Notes under the pieces: generated by a model | Told to the model about the DNA's origin: nothing | Database searches by the model: none | The model's input: the letters and a program-made list of their open reading frames with translations, nothing else | Assembly (NCBI RefSeq): GCF_044324785.1 | Contig: NZ_CP172127.1 | From: Escherichia coli | GTDB taxonomy: Bacteria; Pseudomonadota; Gammaproteobacteria; Enterobacterales; Enterobacteriaceae | Length of the DNA: 64,000 bases | Reading direction: 5' to 3' (one strand) | Made by a program: the position numbers and the translations under genes | In this document: positions 60,940 to 64,000 of the stretch, in pieces | Position numbering within the stretch: position 1 is the first letter of the stretch | How the letters are laid out: every line of letters starts with the position of its first letter

Positions 60940-61230
60940 CTAAGCAGCATGTGGATATTGAACTTCAATACGTTGAATATGCAATCCTGCATGAGCCATC
61001 ATGGTGATCAATTTATCGATACTAAAGATCTGGATCTTACCTCTGGCAAGTTCAGATATGCGAGGTTGAGTGACCCCTAAAGCAGACGCTGCCTGAGCCT
61101 GGCTAAACCCTTGTTGTTCAATCCAGTTATTAATGATCGTAACAAGTTCGGCACGGATCCGCATATTTTCCGCTTGTTCAGGGGTGTCACTCACCGCATC
61201 CCACACACTATCAAAGGTTTCAATTTTCAT
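60940..61230 (-). CDS. XRE-family HTH antitoxin (HigA-like), 96 aa
   Basis: HTH segment FSQAQAASALGVTQPRISELARGK. Start at the internal Met with strong AGGAG Shine-Dalgarno. Directly downstream of the toxin gene. Confidence 0.7.
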   Translation of the reverse strand: MKIETFDSVWDAVSDTPEQAENMRIRAELVTIINNWIEQQGFSQAQAASALGVTQPRISELARGKIQIFSIDKLITMMAHAGLHIQRIEVQYPHAA

Positions 61231-61513
61231 TTTTCCGCTCCTGAACAAGTTCTTTATAGCGTCGTTTGGCTAAATCAATATCCGATTGACTGGTAGTCTG
61301 TGTTTTCTTTTGAAAACAATGCAATACGTAAACCGCTTCTTCAAATTTTGCGACATACATGACGCGATAGATCCCATCAGCATCGCGAGTACGAATCTCT
61401 CGCACACCAGGGCCGATAGTTGAAAAAGGTTTCCAGTCGTATGGGTTTAACCCTTGTTGGATCCTGTCGAGACGATTCTGGAAATGCGCGTAAATCGTCA
61501 AGACTGGTATCAA
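61220..61513 (-). CDS. RelE/ParE-superfamily toxin (HigB/Gp49-like), 97 aa
   Basis: Small basic protein with C-terminal region ...GIYRVMYVAKFEEAVYVLHCFQKKTQ.... Toxin-first gene order typical of higBA modules. Confidence 0.65.
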   Translation of the reverse strand: MIPVLTIYAHFQNRLDRIQQGLNPYDWKPFSTIGPGVREIRTRDADGIYRVMYVAKFEEAVYVLHCFQKKTQTTSQSDIDLAKRRYKELVQERKNEN

Positions 61514-61609
61514 GAAAAGCCAGCTTTTTTCTCATTACTCCATCCTTAGATTATACTAAATTTTGTATAAATCAAATGCGCAGTTTGAACCTGCGCATTT
61601 GATGTTTTA

Positions 61610-63193
61610 TCACACCTCGTACTCCATCTCGCCATCCTTACGCAGCGGAATAATTTGCACCTTCTGCACGCGATGGCTTTCCACCTGCAACGTTTTAAGC
61701 AAATAATCTCCCACCTGCACTTCTTCGCCAGGTTTTGGAATGCGCTGCAAATATTCCATCAATAGCCCGGCAATGGTGTGATATTCACGTTTCTCGTCCA
61801 GCGGCAGCGGCACATATTGCACCAGATCCTCCAGCGGCATATGACCATTCGCCGTCCAGGAACCGTCCGCATTCTTCTGAATATCATGGCGGGCGTCGAT
61901 CTCTTCCACTTCGTTCGGTAAGTTACCGGCAATGGTTTCTGTGACATCACTTAATGTCACAATCCCTTCCACCGAGCCAAACTCATCCACCACAAAAGCA
62001 AAGTGTGTGCGGGCATTACGGAACTGCTCCAGGGCAGGTAACAACGGCAAGGTTTCCGGGAACACCAGCGGCTGGCGAATCAACACCCGCAGGTTGAGCG
62101 GTTCGCCGCGCAGAGACTGTTGTAGCAGGTCGATAACGTGAACAACACCGAGCAAATCTTCCGCGTCGTCACCGTCGGTAACCACCAGCCGCGTATGCTG
62201 ATTTCGCTCCAGCAACTGGCGGATTTCCTCTTCCGGCGCGTTGAGATCGATATGCTCAATATCGTGGCGCGACGTCATAATGCTGCTGACGGTACGCTGG
62301 TTAAGATTAAGGACCCGCTCAATCATCCGCCGCTCCTGCGGATTAAAGATCTGCTGGTTACCATGATCCACCAGCATGGACGCGGTTTCGGCGTCCAGTT
62401 CCGCATCTTCTTTTTGCCCGCTAAGCAGGCGCATTACCGCTTCGGTAGTCCGCTGGCGCAGCGTCTGGTTAGCGGAAAGAAAACGTCGCCGGTTAAAGAT
62501 AGCCAACTGATTGAGCGCCTCGATCATCACCGAGAAACCAATGGCAGCGTACAGGTAGCCTTTCGGAATGACGAAGCCGAAACCTTCCGCCACCAGGCTA
62601 AAGCCAATCATCAACAGGAAGCTTAAGCAGAGAATAACGATGGTCGGGTGACTGTTAACAAATTGCGTTAACGGCTTGCTGGCCATCAACATCAGGCTAA
62701 TAGCGATAACCACGGCGGCCATCATGACCAGTAAATGGTCGACCATCCCGACGGCGGTAATCACCGAGTCGAGTGAGAAGATGGCGTCCAGTACCACAAT
62801 TTGTGTCACCACCCCCCAGAACTTCGCACCTTTGCGTTGTGTGGGGTTATTGCTGTCTTTCCCCTCCAGCCGTTCGTTCAGCTCCATCGTGGCTTTGAAC
62901 AGCAGGAAGAAACCACCAAACAGCATGATTAAGTCGCGGGCGCTAAAGGTAAACGAGCGGAAGCTGAACAGCGGTTGAGTCAGGGTGACCAGCCAGGAGA
63001 TAGACGCCAGCAGTAACAGGCGCATTAACATCGCCAGCAGCAGCCCGGTAACCCGTGCGCGGTCGCGCTGCTTCGGCGGTAGTTTTTCGGCGAGGATGGC
63101 AATAAAGACCAGGTTATCAATGCCGAGGACCAGTTCGATCACAATCAGCGTGATTAACCCGGCCCAGATAGACGGATCGGCAATCCATTCCAT
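61610..63193 (-). CDS. yegH: TerC-family membrane protein with CBS/CorC domains, YegH (527 aa)
   Basis: Start trimmed to [12 protein letters not shown]. TerC-like transmembrane N-terminus and CBS pair in the C-terminal half. Confidence 0.85.
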   Translation of the reverse strand: MEWIADPSIWAGLITLIVIELVLGIDNLVFIAILAEKLPPKQRDRARVTGLLLAMLMRLLLLASISWLVTLTQPLFSFRSFTFSARDLIMLFGGFFLLFKATMELNERLEGKDSNNPTQRKGAKFWGVVTQIVVLDAIFSLDSVITAVGMVDHLLVMMAAVVIAISLMLMASKPLTQFVNSHPTIVILCLSFLLMIGFSLVAEGFGFVIPKGYLYAAIGFSVMIEALNQLAIFNRRRFLSANQTLRQRTTEAVMRLLSGQKEDAELDAETASMLVDHGNQQIFNPQERRMIERVLNLNQRTVSSIMTSRHDIEHIDLNAPEEEIRQLLERNQHTRLVVTDGDDAEDLLGVVHVIDLLQQSLRGEPLNLRVLIRQPLVFPETLPLLPALEQFRNARTHFAFVVDEFGSVEGIVTLSDVTETIAGNLPNEVEEIDARHDIQKNADGSWTANGHMPLEDLVQYVPLPLDEKREYHTIAGLLMEYLQRIPKPGEEVQVGDYLLKTLQVESHRVQKVQIIPLRKDGEMEYEV

Positions 63194-63661
63194 AGTAAGT
63201 ACAAAACCTATTCGTTGTATGACAAATGTCACAATTCGATCATGGATAAATCGGGGCAAAAATGCAATGTTGCAGCACTATTTATCTCATATTATTTGAG
63301 GGTAATAACCTCACATTATCCCTGAATTAAAAGTGGTAATAATAAAACATTATTTAAGAAATATCGCATGTGGAGACACAGTATTAAATATTGTCAACCT
63401 AAAGAAACTCCTAAAAAACATATTGAATGACACTTAATATAATTCTTAAAAATAGCCAATTGCCGAATTGTTACCTTGCCTGCTATTCCGTTAGCTGTAA
63501 CACTTCCTCCTGCATTATTGGAGAGCCAATATTCAATTACCATAATGTCACCTTATATTCGGAAGTTAATTTCCGCAATAACCCTTTCTCATCAACGATT
63601 GTATGCAGAGAGGGTTTGAAAAATTGAGCTAAATCAGTGTATTGGTAGCTAAAAAGCCAGG

Positions 63662-63673
63662 GGCGGTAGCGTG
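63662..63673 (+). promoter_or_regulatory. ops element (GGCGGTAGCGTG) within a JUMPstart sequence upstream of wza
   Basis: Exact ops 12-mer inside CAGTGTATTGGTAGCTAAAAAGCCAGGGGCGGTAGCGTG (63635..63673). Expected RfaH-dependent antitermination site of the colanic acid operon leader. Confidence 0.7.
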
Positions 63674-63851
63674 TCTGGATGCCTGAAAGACCAGTCTGAA
63701 TTATTCTGTCAATAGCCTGCGGATGAAATCAATTTTTTTAGGACTGATGCCAGTTAAATTTTTATTCAATTAACTGCAAGGTAAATGTGCATGGCGACAT
63801 TGCTATTAATAGTGCACAGGATAATTACTCTGCCAAAGTGATAAATAAACA

Positions 63852-64000
63852 ATGATGAAATCCAAAATGAAATTGATGCCATTATTGGTGTCAGTAACCT
63901 TGATAAGCGGTTGCACAGTACTTCCGGGCAGCAATATGTCTACGATGGGTAAAGACGTCATCAAACAGCAGGACGCTGATTTCGATCTCGACAAAATGGT
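63852..64000 (+). CDS. wza: Capsular polysaccharide export lipoprotein Wza, 5' end only (truncated by window)
   Basis: MMKSKMKLMPLLVSVTLISGCTVLPGS with lipobox ISGC. The ORF runs off the window end. Confidence 0.85.
   Translation, partial: MMKSKMKLMPLLVSVTLISGCTVLPGSNMSTMGKDVIKQQDADFDLDKM

Overview
Escherichia coli chromosomal segment. Positions 1 to ~31000 are the right-hand two-thirds of an integrated P2-like prophage (replication gene A, cos, Q P O N M L X Y K lysA lysB lysC R S V W J I H G FI FII E/E' T U D ogr, attR). It carries three cargo insertions. (i) At the A-to-cos variable locus (where P2 itself carries tin/old) sits an AT-rich cassette: a C5-cytosine DNA methyltransferase convergent with a translationally coupled three-gene operon led by a GHKL/MutL-type ATPase. 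This is my top candidate for an uncharacterised anti-phage or restriction-like system. (ii) Between S and V, an AT-rich membrane-protein gene is split by an intact IS2 with an ATGTG target duplication. (iii) At the Z/fun position between G and FI, a 175-aa AT-rich gene carries an Rx4H HEPN-like motif. Positions ~31000 to 64000 are host backbone in K-12-like order: cyaR, yegQ, a two-gene islet, yegP, baeR, baeS, mdtD, mdtC, mdtB, mdtA, three tandem ibs/sib type I toxin-antitoxin units, yegL, yegK, yegJ, yegI, yegD, alkA, dgcE, udk, dcd, asmA, a HigB/HigA-like pair, yegH, a JUMPstart/ops element and the 5' end of wza. No rRNA, tRNA or CRISPR array was seen. All calls come from reading the sequence and ORF translations by eye; no database search was run, and comparisons to P2 and K-12 are from memory.
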